From Mustelus asterias (taxonomy: Eukaryota): a DNA stretch of 64,000 nt. The first letter of the stretch is position 1. Each line of letters opens with the position of its first letter. Both the position numbers and the translations under genes were made by a program. Under the pieces are notes generated by a model. That model ran no database searches. It worked only from the letters and a program-made list of their open reading frames with translations, and had not been told where the DNA came from. Where the stretch lies: assembly GCF_964213995.1 (NCBI RefSeq), contig NC_135811.1, positions 84,258,001-84,322,000 on the forward strand. Direction: 5' to 3'. This document shows positions 50,631-61,972 of this stretch, piece after piece.

Positions 50631-50875
50631 TGATGCACTATCAATAAGGCGAAAGACTACCGATATGCCAATATAAGTGTAGGCTTTTATTCACAACAGA
50701 ATCAGGAGCAGATCCCAACAATTAACCGACCTGGACTGAACAAGGGGGAGGAGACAGCCACCTTTATACTAGGTGCTGAGGGGAGGAACCAAACTGGAAG
50801 GGGATGTGTCCAGCTATGACAAACACACACAATGGTGGTCCATATAGGACAAAGGCACAACTGAGGTCCACCACA
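50631..50875 (-). repeat. 5' LTR of the intact Gypsy
   Basis: Direct repeat of 46347-46591. Confidence 0.96.
50734..50768 (-). promoter_or_regulatory. LTR core promoter: TATAAA plus Inr-like TCAGTC (predicted +1 at 50737)
   Basis: TATAAA at 50768-50763 with the Inr A 31 nt downstream; second element has the same pair at 32 nt (55926, 55894). Confidence 0.7.
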
Positions 50876-52828
50876 TCCTGCACAGTTGTGGGGGCGGGGG
50901 GTGGGGGACGGAAACTAGCAAGGCTATAATTTCCTACTCCAACTTTTTCTGACAGTAGAATACATTTTGGATAAGACAAACTGACCTGTGTGTAACAGAA
51001 TTCTCTCCAGAACCTCAGGCATATATGAGCATAATTCAGAAACTGAAAGTCAAAGATATTTACATCTATCTCTTACAACAGTAAAACACAATTTTGGAGC
51101 CTGTCTTGAGAGCCTGAGTGGTGTAGGATACAAAAAATGTTTTTGTTGTTTACGTTGAAAGGTTTTGTTTTACGGATTACGAACCAATAACATTTGGGTG
51201 CTTATTTTCAGTTGCAAGGGTTATGATTTGCAACCTGCTCATTTCATTGAGGAGGCAGCATGCAAAGTTAGCGCTGTCGCCTTGTTTGCATGACGGGGGA
51301 GGCAGTGGTGTAGCGGTATTGTCACTGGACTAGTAAACCAGAGCAAGATCTGGGGACCAGTGTTCAAATCCCACCATGACAGAAAGTTGTGGATGACGTG
51401 CCCTTTGTGAGTCAAATGGTGCAGAGGCATAAATTGATCAGCAAGTTATGACGATTCATATCTCTCTTTCACCTTTTCGTGCTGGACGATTTGCATAATA
51501 ACAATGATACGCGTTGTTGAATTCTCATTACTTTTTCGAGGAAGAGTTTAGTTATTGTAAGCATGTGGGCAATATTCTGTGGTGATAATGATACCGAGCA
51601 AAACATAATCCACAGAAAGTTCACATGAGCTGCAGTAATAACAGTGCACTAGCACTTTAAATATCCATACGTTCAGATTGCATCGTTCATTTGTTCAGTC
51701 ATTCCAAAGGAAAGAAGATTTCTTTTAGTAACCTTATTTGAACCGAGATTGAATAGTATAATTGAAAGGGTTGAGGTCAAAGTTAAATTTAACAAGAAAA
51801 TGCTGTGTCAATTAATTTATAAAATGTAAATCCGGGCACGTTAATAGTGAAGACCTAGTATTATTGGCAAAATTTGTCATAAATAAGACCTTTGTTTGCC
51901 ATCATTCTCCAGACAGGGTGACAAGCTCTTAAGATAAAAGAAGGGCCACTTGGACCATAGCAGAGATTGTGCCCAAGGGAGCAAAGTGACTGGGTGGGTA
52001 TGTGTGTGAGAGAGGAGTTTGTTCCCCCATTACATGGCTAGGAATTATTGCATTTATCGCCTTTCAGTGGTGCTGCCTGGTGCATTCTTTTTTCTTTTGA
52101 AAAGGGATATTCAGTCAACATTTAAAAATAGGTAAAGGATACCCTCTTCCTACACGAATTCTTGCCTCTGAAGTTCAAGGGTATGAAAATAAAGTTGCGG
52201 TAAATAATCCTTCATTGTGATGTTTTGGATTTGGTATGTGTATTATACATCTGACCTCGAATAGTTTGGAAATACCTAGTCACAGTGAAATTGCTTATTA
52301 AGATACTTTTCTTTTGATGCTACAACGTTTAGCAGACCGCGATTAGATTGTGGAAAGGCTATAAGTTCATGTCATGACAGTAAAACTGCATTTTACTTGC
52401 AGATCAGCCTTTATGACATTGGAACCGCATCAATTACTGCAACTATCAAATTTTAGCCCCATCCATGAAAACACTCTCTCAATTTGTGCATTTGCTGGGA
52501 GTATGGTTAAGAAAATGACACTGGTCTTTACAAATGGCAAATGGTAAAAGGTGTACAACAGATGTTTTCAATTGGTTGGGAGAGCCCTTGGTCTCTTTAG
52601 TGACAATCCCTTAGCTCTCGCTCTCCACCTCTCTCTGGTCCTGACCTGATCTTGTTGCTGCTGCCATTATTACCTGGCTGGATTGTTGCTGCTGCTCCCA
52701 CCCTCCCTGCACAATCTAATCTCACACCATCCTCACTCCATCTCCTCATGGCCCAGTGCACTTACGCCCCAGTGACAAAGAAACAGCAGGAGGAGACTGA
52801 GAATCCCACGTCACAGCCTGGAGACTAT

Positions 52829-52954
52829 GGGTGGAATTTAATGGACCCTCCCAGCAGATGGATTTTCCAGTCCTGCCAAAGTCAATGGACCTTTAAATGG
52901 CTGGGAGCATTTTCAGCACTGCTCCCATTGCAAAGGGGCCATAATATTCCACCC
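52829..52954. mobile_element. PIF/Harbinger-like MITE
   Basis: TIRs GGGTGGAATTTAATGG / CCATAATATTCCACCC; internal AAGTCAATGGAC. Confidence 0.6.
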
Positions 52955-53404
52955 CAGAACTTTTCAGCTGCACTACTGCACACTAATTGATATTGGACAT
53001 AAATGGCATCCAAGAGAGATCCTATGTGTTGTGTGATAATGTTAAAAATTGATGCGTGTTATCATACACGAGGCTAGATGCTCAGGAAATAAAGGCTTTT
53101 ATTTGCTGTAACGAAGCAGCCAACAATTATATACACGATCCCAGACTGAGGGGTCCCAGCCAGAGCAGGGACCTTTATACCTCTCCCAGGAGGCGGAGCC
53201 CGACTGGGATGTACCACAACACTACAATACAAAGGTGTAACAACCCCACCCTAACCCAACAGCAACATATGTACATCCTTGTAGTACTGGCCAGACCCTG
53301 GCTCAGTACTATCCAGTGGGAACCAACGATGGTTCACCACATTCACCCCTCCTTTGAGAACAAAGGCCGGCGGGGTACAAAAAACAGAATAAAATGTCAT
53401 CAGT

Positions 53405-54824
53405 CTATAAGTTCAGACGGTCAGGGGGACCGCACCGTCGTTGTGACCTCCTCAATACCGGCGGTGACACCGGAGTAGGCACTCGCGGTGGCGTTCTCCC
53501 CGAGGCGACATCCAGCTGTTCTTCCACGGACTCACAGGCCGGTTGACCCTGAGGTGACGGTAGTCCATGGAGTCCCGACACGCCCTGAAGTGGCGACCAT
53601 CCTCTGGACTCAGGCAAGCTGTACACGGGAGTAAAAGGGTTAAGTAATGGTCCCGATGCTGCCCGCGCCGTGTCCGGGGGAGAAACAAGAGTTAAGGGGT
53701 TTGTAACAGGGGGTATGGGAGCGACAGGGGTTGCTACGTCCCCTGCTGGCGCCAGGTCTCGGATCGAGACCGTGTCCTCTCGCCCGTCAGGGTATGCCAC
53801 ATAGGCATACTGAGGGTTGGCGTGGAGGAGATGGACCTGTTCGACCAACGGGTCGGACTTGCGGGCCCTTACATGTCGCCGCAGGAGGACGGGTCCTGAG
53901 TACGTCAACCAAGACGGTAATGAGGTCCCCGAGGAAGACTTCCGAGGGAATGAAAACATCCTCTCATGGGGAGTAGCATTGGTTGCCGTACACAGGAGTG
54001 AGCGAATAGAATGGAGCGCATCAGGGAGCACCTCTTGCCAACGGGAGACTGGAAGGCTTTTTGACTTCAACGCCAGTAAGACAGCCTACCAGACTGTAGC
54101 ATTCTCACGTTCCACCTGTCCGTTACCCCTAGGGTTGTAGCTCGTGGTCCTACTAGAGGCAATCCCGTATGAGAGCAGGAATTGCCTCAAGTAATCGCTC
54201 ATGAACGACGAGCCCCTGTCGCTGTGAATGTAGCCGGGGTACCCGAACAGGGTAAAGAGATCACGGAATGCCTTGATAACCGTGGCAGCGGATGTATCAG
54301 AGCAGGGAACAACAAAAGGGAACCTAGAGTACTCGTCAATGATATTGAGGAAGTACACATTCCGATCTGTTGAGGGAAGGGGGCCCTTAAAATCGACACT
54401 CAGTCTCTCGAAGGGACAAGTGGCCTTGACTAAATGTGCCCGGTCAGGTCGGTAAAAGTGCGGTTTGCATTCCGCGCAAACCCGACAGCTTCTTGTTACG
54501 GACCTGACGTCCTCCACCGAGTAGGGCTGCGGGCTTTTATAAAGTGGTAGAGCCGAGTGACCCCAGGATGGCATAGGTCATTATGGAGAGCCTGCAAACG
54601 GTCCTCCTGTATACTGGCGCATGTTCCACGCGAGAGGGCATCCGAGGGCTCATTGAGTTTCCCTGGACGGTACATGATGTCGTAGTTATAGGTGGAGAGT
54701 TCAATTCTCCACCGCAAGATCTTGTCATTCTTGATCTTGCCCCTCTGCGTGTTATTAAACATGAACGCCACGGACTGCTGGTCCGTGATCAGGGTGAACC
54801 GTTTTCCCGCCAAGTAATGGCGCC
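53405..54824 (-). pseudogene. RNase H C-terminus plus integrase, disabled
   Basis: WRHYLAGKRFTLITDQ...HHCC...SVDFKG...SDRG...QVER; frameshift near 54528 and TAG at 54086-54088. Confidence 0.9.
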
Positions 54825-55747
54825 AAACTCAGCGACCCCTGGTGGTCACACACCTCCGACTCCGTCGACCGTAATGGCGTCGTCCTGGCCTCGCACGTGG
54901 ACGAACCCCTCGATGATTTCGACGACGAAGAGCCGGGCTCTGAAGAATCGCAGGTCGCACTGCCGTTCCTAGATTTAGATCGGCACACTTTCGAATAGTG
55001 CCCCTTCTTACTGCAGGCAGAGCACAACACAGCCTTAGCGGGACACCGTTGCCGAGTATGCTTCGCTCCCCCACAGAAGTAACACCGCGGGCCGCCCGGA
55101 GCTGCTGCCGTCGTCTGGCCCGAGTGTGAGCACGCCATTATGCAGCATTTCGAACCCGAGGGACGAGGAGGGATTGGCGACTGCTTCTGCCACGTTGTCT
55201 CCACGTGGTCTTCAGGATACAATACTAGGCTTTTGGAGGCCGTCTCCAGCATCTCCGCTCGCTCGATTGCCTGGGTAAGGTCAAGGTTACCTTTCTCCAG
55301 TAGTTTAAGTCGAATGTACGACGATCCGACTCCCGCCACAAACGCATCTCGGGCGAGGTCGTTCATACTCTGCTCAGCCGACACAGCTTTGCAGTTACAG
55401 CCCCTGGCTAGCTGTAGGAGCTCGTTCGCATATTCCTCCATCGTTTCGCCAGACTGCCGTCGTCGAGTGGCTAAGAGGTAACGAGCGTGTATTTCATTGG
55501 GCGGTTTGATATAACGCTTCTTCAGAAGCTCGAGGGCCTTTGTGTAATCGGTGGCCGCACGGATCGCGAGGTAGACAGTGTCTCTTACCCTCGCATGGAG
55601 GACCCGGAGTCTGTCATCATCTGTGGTGACCGCTGCGGAGGCTGCCAGGTAGTTTTCGAAACACTTCAGCCAGTGGTCGAAGCTGTTAGAGGCGCCCGCC
55701 GCACGTGGATCTAGTGTAAGGCGTTCCGGCTTCAGGATCTGCTCCAT
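54825..55747 (-). pseudogene. gag of the deleted Gypsy, open up to the deletion junction
   Basis: MEQILKPERLTLDP...CYFCGGAKHTRQRC...CSACSKKGHYSKVC; true start at 55747 by homology with MEQFLKPDKL. Confidence 0.88.
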
Positions 55748-58659
55748 ACTCTCTTTTTTTGTTCTTCGATGAGAGTTTAACAACAGCAAATAAAATTGAC
55801 GCGCATTATCATACACGAGGCTAGATGCTCAGGAAATAAAGGCTTTTATTTGCTGTAACGAAGCAGCCAACAATTATATACACGATCCCAGACTGAGGGG
55901 TCCCAGCCAGAGCAGGGACCTTTATACCTCTCCCAGGAGGCGGAGCCCAACTGGGATGTACCACAACACTACAATACAAAGGTGTAACAACCCCACCCTA
56001 ACCCCAACAGCAACAAGTAGCACAACCCAACAGTAACATATGTACATCCTTGTAGTACTGGCCAGACCCTGGCTCAGTACTATCCAGTGGGAACCAACGA
56101 TGGTTCACCACAAAAATAAGGGACAATTCTGTAAAATTCAAGACTGTTGATCACCCTGTTTCCAGCACTGACCCAAATCTAAAATTGCCAAGGAACCCAT
56201 GTTATATGCCACAGCAATGATAAGGTTACACTAAGCAACCTTGCAGCAGTGCTAGATACAAGCCAGCAGTATACACCGGTCAGATTCATTTAAGGACTGT
56301 CTTGATCCCTGTGGGGATCTGTAAATCAAAAGAACCAAATTTCAGAGTGATTCCCCAAATGAAAATATTACACAATAAGATTTCACTTTTTGTAACATTT
56401 ACTTTAACACAGATCAGAATCAATGTAAATTACACCTGAATTAACAGATAAATCACAGTTGGCACAAACAATAAATTGCACATAGAATTGCAGATACAGT
56501 AAATATTAGTTCATTGTATTAGTAGTAAATTCACTGCGCCTGTCCCAGTTTTAGCCAGTCCTTCCAAGCACAATTCCAGTCCCTTTCCTTCAAGGCCTTA
56601 GCCAATTCTCAATTGGCAGCAATGCTCTGCCTGCACAGTCTTCTCTATATAATACATTTCTTTCTGGAATGTTCTCAACTCTGTTTCTGTTGGTTGTGTA
56701 GCATGAGTCTACTGGAACCCCAATCTCCAGCTCTCCCCTTTCCTCTATATATCCCCCGCGTTTTAAGTTTCTCCTTGGTCAAGGGTCGCCACTTCACATG
56801 GACTGGTATTTGTTAATTTCCAAACATTATAATAGATCACATTGCAAGTGATACAAACTCTCAAAAGTCCTTCTCAAACATTTTAAAATAAATTACAGAT
56901 TCCCCAAATCTATTAAAGTAACTAAAAAATTTCCTATTGTTATGGCTGTCAAATGTTATGAAGTTGCATGTGTAAGGTTAAAAATGTGGTGTTTGACAAA
57001 TATAAATATTGAAAAGAAATGCTGAAACCAAAAGAAGAAATCATATAGCACCGTCTCTTTAAAAAACGTGTATCTTTCTGTAGGTTTTAACCTGCAATAG
57101 CAGGTTTGCAACATTCGTATCCAAAGTAGCAGTCAGGGTTCCAACATAGCAAAACAGGCTTTTGAATTGAACCAATGAGTTTATAGCAAGCACGCAGACA
57201 CAGGACCAATGGAATTCAAATGTGAGATTTGCTGACAGCCTCAAGCCACTCAGATCACAGGAATACTGTGAGGTAATTCCAGGTACATAAACCCAGGCAG
57301 GAGGGGTAACTGTTAGAGTAAGCTTGCCACCTCTTTAGTTGGAAGAAGGGGTGGCGAGGCTCTCATATAGAATCCTGCAGTAATATATATATCTTCAGAA
57401 AATCACCATCTAAATTGTAGTATTCCAGATGAGAGCATCACAGAAGAATGTTCATACATCCAAAATACGCCTGGTTGTATATTCTTTGAGAGTGATTGTA
57501 TTCTATAAGGATTTATTTCATTATTCCTGAATGAGTCTTGTAATATTTGGACTGCATTCTATTGGGATTTTATTTAGTTTGTTAATTCTTTAATAAGGTT
57601 GTCACCAGTTTAAAAAATAAAGACCTGTTAATTGTTCATTTTAGAGAGTGGCAGATCCTGCTTTAATTTATCAAAAGCAGTAGCTTCCTACGACACCACA
57701 CACATTCGTATAAGATTATGAAGCGAGGTATAATACATTACCTCCGCATCATAACACAGGTCAATGGTTATCACTGGCAGAGATGTCAGTGCTCAATGGA
57801 AAATCCTATTATCATTGATAAAATGTATGAAAACAGTAGACCTTTAAAATTCTCACACATCAAGCTGCCTTGAAAAGTACTTTTAACAATATCTTCGAGA
57901 TTGTTGCAATAATTCACAAATCCTCAATGGTTCCAGACAAATCTCAAATCTAATGCGATTTTTACTGTATCTTGTGTTTGTTAGTAACATTAAATCTGAG
58001 AATACTAGTAGCTCAGTGCTTCCATTGTCTTGGTTGGCCACCATCTGAATATAGTCATTTATCTCTTTTTAAATTACCCATAGAGAGCGTGTAATTTTTG
58101 CACTTTGAGATTATGTACATTCTACTGTTGATAGCCTGAGTCGTTTGTTGGGTGTTGTGTGTCAACCTCCGTAATTGTAATTTAATAAGCTTTCCAAATA
58201 GAAACGCTTTGAAAATTGGTTGAGGATGAATTAGAGGGTGGTGGTGTTGTTCTGAAGAGAATAGGATGGTGCACTGATAATCAAACTGGCTAATGGAAAT
58301 CAGTGAATTTTATCATGAGGCTTTTCGAAGAGTGTTTTCAACAACCTATTTCTTCCTGCACTTAGTAAAACAAAGATGAATAACCATAATTATTCTGCAC
58401 ATTAACGGCTTGTCGCAACAGATAGTCATCTGCGGCTATAGTTCTGGTATTATTAAAAGTAATGATAAACTATTGCTGTGTAGAAAGTTCCTTTCTATTC
58501 TCAGACATGTACACAGATGAATCCATAATTAAGTTCGATTTCCTCTCCTTTGTGTGCAAGGAATATATAATTCTTTGGCAAGAAAAAGGAGAAAAGGAAT
58601 CATGAACTGTTACAATGCCTAGGGATTTACTGAGAGACCGAAGTTTTGCTTCATACTTT

Positions 58660-59600
58660 TTTTTATTAGTGCCACAAGTAGGCTTACATTAACACTGCAA
58701 CAAAATTACTGTGAAAATCCCCCAGTCGCCACACTCCAGTGTCTGTTTGGGTACACTGAGGAAGAATTTAGCATGGCCAATGCACCTAACCAGCATGTCT
58801 TTCGCACTATGGGAAGAAACCAGAGCACCCGGAGGAAATCCATGCAAACACAGGGAGAATGTCTGTGCGAGTCTGCACAATGACCCTGTAAGGGGAAAAT
58901 ACAAGGGGGGCACACTTTAAAATGGCAGCACAAGAAAGCACACTCTGAAATGGCTGCCTGGCACACACAGGGTTAACTGGGAAAGAAGCCAGAAAAACAG
59001 CCACAGGCTCCCGCTGTTCAGAAATAACGTCAAGCCAGAATCCTGACAGACAAACCACTTACAAAGTACAGACAGTGACTCATAGCAAACAAACACCTCA
59101 GGAAGCCAAAGCCAAGGGTCGAAACATCTTTAAGATAAGGAAACCCCTAAACAAAGAGCTTAGATTAATGTTAGAGGAAGGCGGGAAATATGAATGCGAG
59201 GGAACCGATTAGCACCCGCACAAGACGAAACGAGCCATTGATAGACCCATTCATAAAATGCTAAATGTCTATACCTGTTTGTATTCTTGTAAACATGGGG
59301 AAATGTACCCATTCATGAAATGTTAAATACTTGTACTCACTTAAACAATGTGATAATCTTCGAATCACTGGTCTACCCATTGTGTAAAGGGTATAAAATT
59401 GAACCGCTCCCGGTATACATTTGAGAAAAGGTGTTCTATGAACATAGTGCCTTTCTCCACGGAGCTCCGTTTAATAAATCGTATTTTCTGAATCTCGAAG
59501 TCTGACTACTGGTGGATTTTTCCCACAACAACCCAAAACGGGAATCGAAGCTCTGTCTCTGGCGCCGTGAGGCAGCAGTGCTAACCACTATGCCACCGTG
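58660..59600 (-). mobile_element. HE1-like SINE (tail B) split by a solo LTR
   Basis: Tail and body at 58660-58886, head at 59531-59600. Confidence 0.85.
58887..59530 (+). mobile_element. Solo LTR (ERV- or Gypsy-type), 644 bp
   Basis: TGTAAGGGGAAAAT...ATTTTTCCCACAACA; 4-bp TSD ACCC; GGTATAAAA at about 59390; AATAAA at about 59473. Confidence 0.85.
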
Positions 59601-60091
59601 AGGTTTGAACAGTTGCATGATGTCCTGCCTCAATTTTCCTTATCAAATATCAAAATTATGCCTGTTTTGAGAGCTGCCCAGAAGTTGGCGTTTGATCCTA
59701 CATGCTATCCTTGCCAAATGGGATTTGGTGGGACCTTAGAGTCAGGCAGTAAGTGAGGCTGACAGAGTGTTCACACTTTTCCTTTGCAGTTACTGGACAT
59801 CATCCTTGAGTCTTAGCCCTTCTGCTGCTGTTTTTGGATTGCAGCCTAAAGACCTGCAGCTGTCAGCTGTTACCACCACCTTGTTCTGAGAGGCTTGCAG
59901 CAGGTGTTACAATTCCACTCCTTGTTTCCAGGCACAAGTTCTGCCCGAGAACTCCTGAAGCAGGAATGATCTGGGCAAATGACTTGAACCTAAAAATACA
60001 GGCAGGTGCAGTCAGGTCCATGTCAGGTGAAGTGAAATTGCTTTCTTTCCCCTCATCTTTCATCATATTCTTTTATTTTTTCTTATTTTCA

Positions 60092-60420
60092 GGGTGGCAC
60101 GGTGGCACAGTGGTTCGCACTGCTGCCCTCACAGCACCAGGGACCTGGGTTCAATTCCGGCCTCGGGTCACTGTCTGTGTGGAGTTTGCACATTCTCCCT
60201 ATGCCTGCGTGGGTTTCCTCTGGGTGCTCCGGTTTCCTTCCACACTCCAAAGGTGTGTGGGTTAGGTGGATTGGCCATGCTAAATTGCCTCTTAGTGTCA
60301 GGGGGATTAGCAGGGTAAATACATGGGGTTAAAGGGATAGGGCCTGGGTGGGATTGTTGTTGATGCAGCCTCGATGGGCTGAATGACCTCCTTCTGCACT
60401 GGAAGGTTTCTATGATTCTA
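60092..60420 (+). mobile_element. HE1 SINE (CR1 tail)
   Basis: Full head-body-tail. Confidence 0.9.
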
Positions 60421-61441
60421 AATGCTTTTCAACTTTACTTTTGAAAACCATTCTGGGTTGTCTTTCTCCTGGAGGATTGTGAATGGCCTGTGAAAACAGA
60501 AAAAAATGTTTCTCCTAATCTTTCTTGATCATTAGTTTACTTCCTCCTGTCACTATTTCACTGACCAATCGAAGTAGTTTATCCTGGTTTACCTTGTCAA
60601 TACCCATTGTAATTTTGAAGCATCAGTTAATGGCTGATCGCTGCCATGGGTGTGGGGCATTAATCAGGGATGTATTTCTAGTAATTGCCCCAATTTTCTG
60701 AACTACGAAACAGGTCTGATGACCTGTCATCAACAGGTCAACTTGTCCCCAAGTTGATGAGGACACCAGGCAAGTAAATTGAGCACTAGAAAGAATTTTG
60801 TGGTGTTACCTGAAGCAATAAAACACAGACTATGCTTAGATTGAGGTCCACAACTATCCTCAAACATATTCTGGGCGGAAGCAACTTTAGAGATTGGGCA
60901 TAGGAACATACAGATGTTGACATTCCCCTCTCTGGGTATCCCAGTTGTGGGCTGTCGTGCGGATGGCAACCCGCTCCTCGAGGCCAACTAAAACCCCTCT
61001 TAAGAATCGTTTTCAGAAGCCGCTGTTTTTTTCCCAGTATTTATTGGACACTCCTCTGAGGCAATGGCCAGCCAGCAGCAGGCCGAGAAATCACCAAAGA
61101 AATCTCCTTTCAGTCCCCCCATCATGGAGCTTTTCAGAAATCCTTTCCCAGGATGTGAAGGCCGCTGGTTGTCTGACATTTATTGACCATCCCTAATTAT
61201 CCTTGCAGGGGCATTTAAGAGTCAATCACTTTGTTGTAGGTCTGGAGTCACCTGCAGGCCAGACCAGGTAAGGACGGCAGACTTCCTTCCCTAAAGGACA
61301 TTAGTGAATCAGATGGGTTTTTACGACAACTAACAATGGTTTCATGGTCATCATTAGACTTTTAATCCCAGATTTTTGTATTCACTTCAAATTTCACCAT
61401 CTGCCATGGTGGGATTCATACCTAGGTCCTCAGAGCATTAA

Positions 61442-61636
61442 GATAAAAGCAAAATATTGCGGATGCTGGAGTCTAAAACAAAAACAAAGTGCTGGAAAAT
61501 TTCAGCTGGTCTGACAACACCTGTGGAGAGAGAACAGGGCCAATGTTTTGAGTCTGGTTGACTCTTCATCAGAGCTCTATTCTCTATCCACAGATGCTGT
61601 CAGACCTGCTGAGATTTTCCAGCATTTTGTTGTTCC
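61442..61636. mobile_element. Penelope-type partial palindrome (second family) with a near-intact hammerhead on the minus strand
   Basis: 11-bp TSD CAGAGCATTAA (61431-61441, 61637-61647); minus strand CTGATGA-A-GAGTC AACCA GACTC-AAAAC (61540-61574). Confidence 0.72.
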
Positions 61637-61691
61637 CAGAGCATTAACCTGGGTTTCTGGGATACTAGTCCAGTGACAGTACCACAATTAG

Positions 61692-61972
61692 GACGGCTCG
61701 GTGACACAGTGGTTAGCACTGCTGCCTCACAGTACAAGAGACCCGGGTTCGATTCCTGGCTTGGGTCACTGTCTGTGCAGAGTCTGCTTGCTCTCCCCTG
61801 TGTCTGCGTGAGTTTTTCCGGTTTCCTACCACATGCTGGTTAGGTGCATTGGCCATGCTAAATTCTCCTTCAGTGTACTCGAACAGGCGCTGGAGTGTGA
61901 CGACTTGGGGCTTTTCACAGTAACATAATTGCAATGTTAATGGAAGCCTACTTGTGACACTAATAAATAAAC
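61692..61972 (+). mobile_element. HE1-like SINE (tail B)
   Basis: Head plus type-B tail. Confidence 0.86.

Larger units (their letters stand above)
46347..50875 (-). mobile_element. Intact, very young Ty3/Gypsy (Mag-like) LTR retrotransposon
   Basis: Two 245-bp LTRs with no difference found by eye; TG...CA ends; 5-bp TSD TCCTG (46342-46346, 50876-50880); single uninterrupted gag-pol ORF; PPT present. Confidence 0.97.
53050..56112 (-). mobile_element. Internally deleted Ty3/Gypsy (Mag-like) element: gag joined to RNase H end plus integrase; protease and RT missing
   Basis: LTRs 55797-56112 and 53050-53341 (about 24-bp length difference, about 4 substitutions); 5-bp TSD AAAAT; gag clearly similar to the intact element; PPT AAAGGAGGGGTGAA. 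Confidence 0.95.

Noticed and set aside
54817-54826. TGGCGCCA resembling a tRNA-Lys PBS
   Set aside because: It is 1 kb from the LTR and is the WRH codon stretch of RNase H.
54755-55816. ORF-track start at 55816 for the second gag
   Set aside because: That ATG lies within the LTR; homology with element 1 places the start at 55747, and the C-terminal tail is an out-of-frame deletion artefact.
56200-56835. Possible minus-strand solo LTR
   Set aside because: A TG start and TATA-like motif are present, but I could not define the other terminus or a TSD.
60712-60772. CTGATGA with nearby inverted repeats as another hammerhead or box C/D RNA
   Set aside because: No correctly placed GAAA or stem II and no terminal stem.
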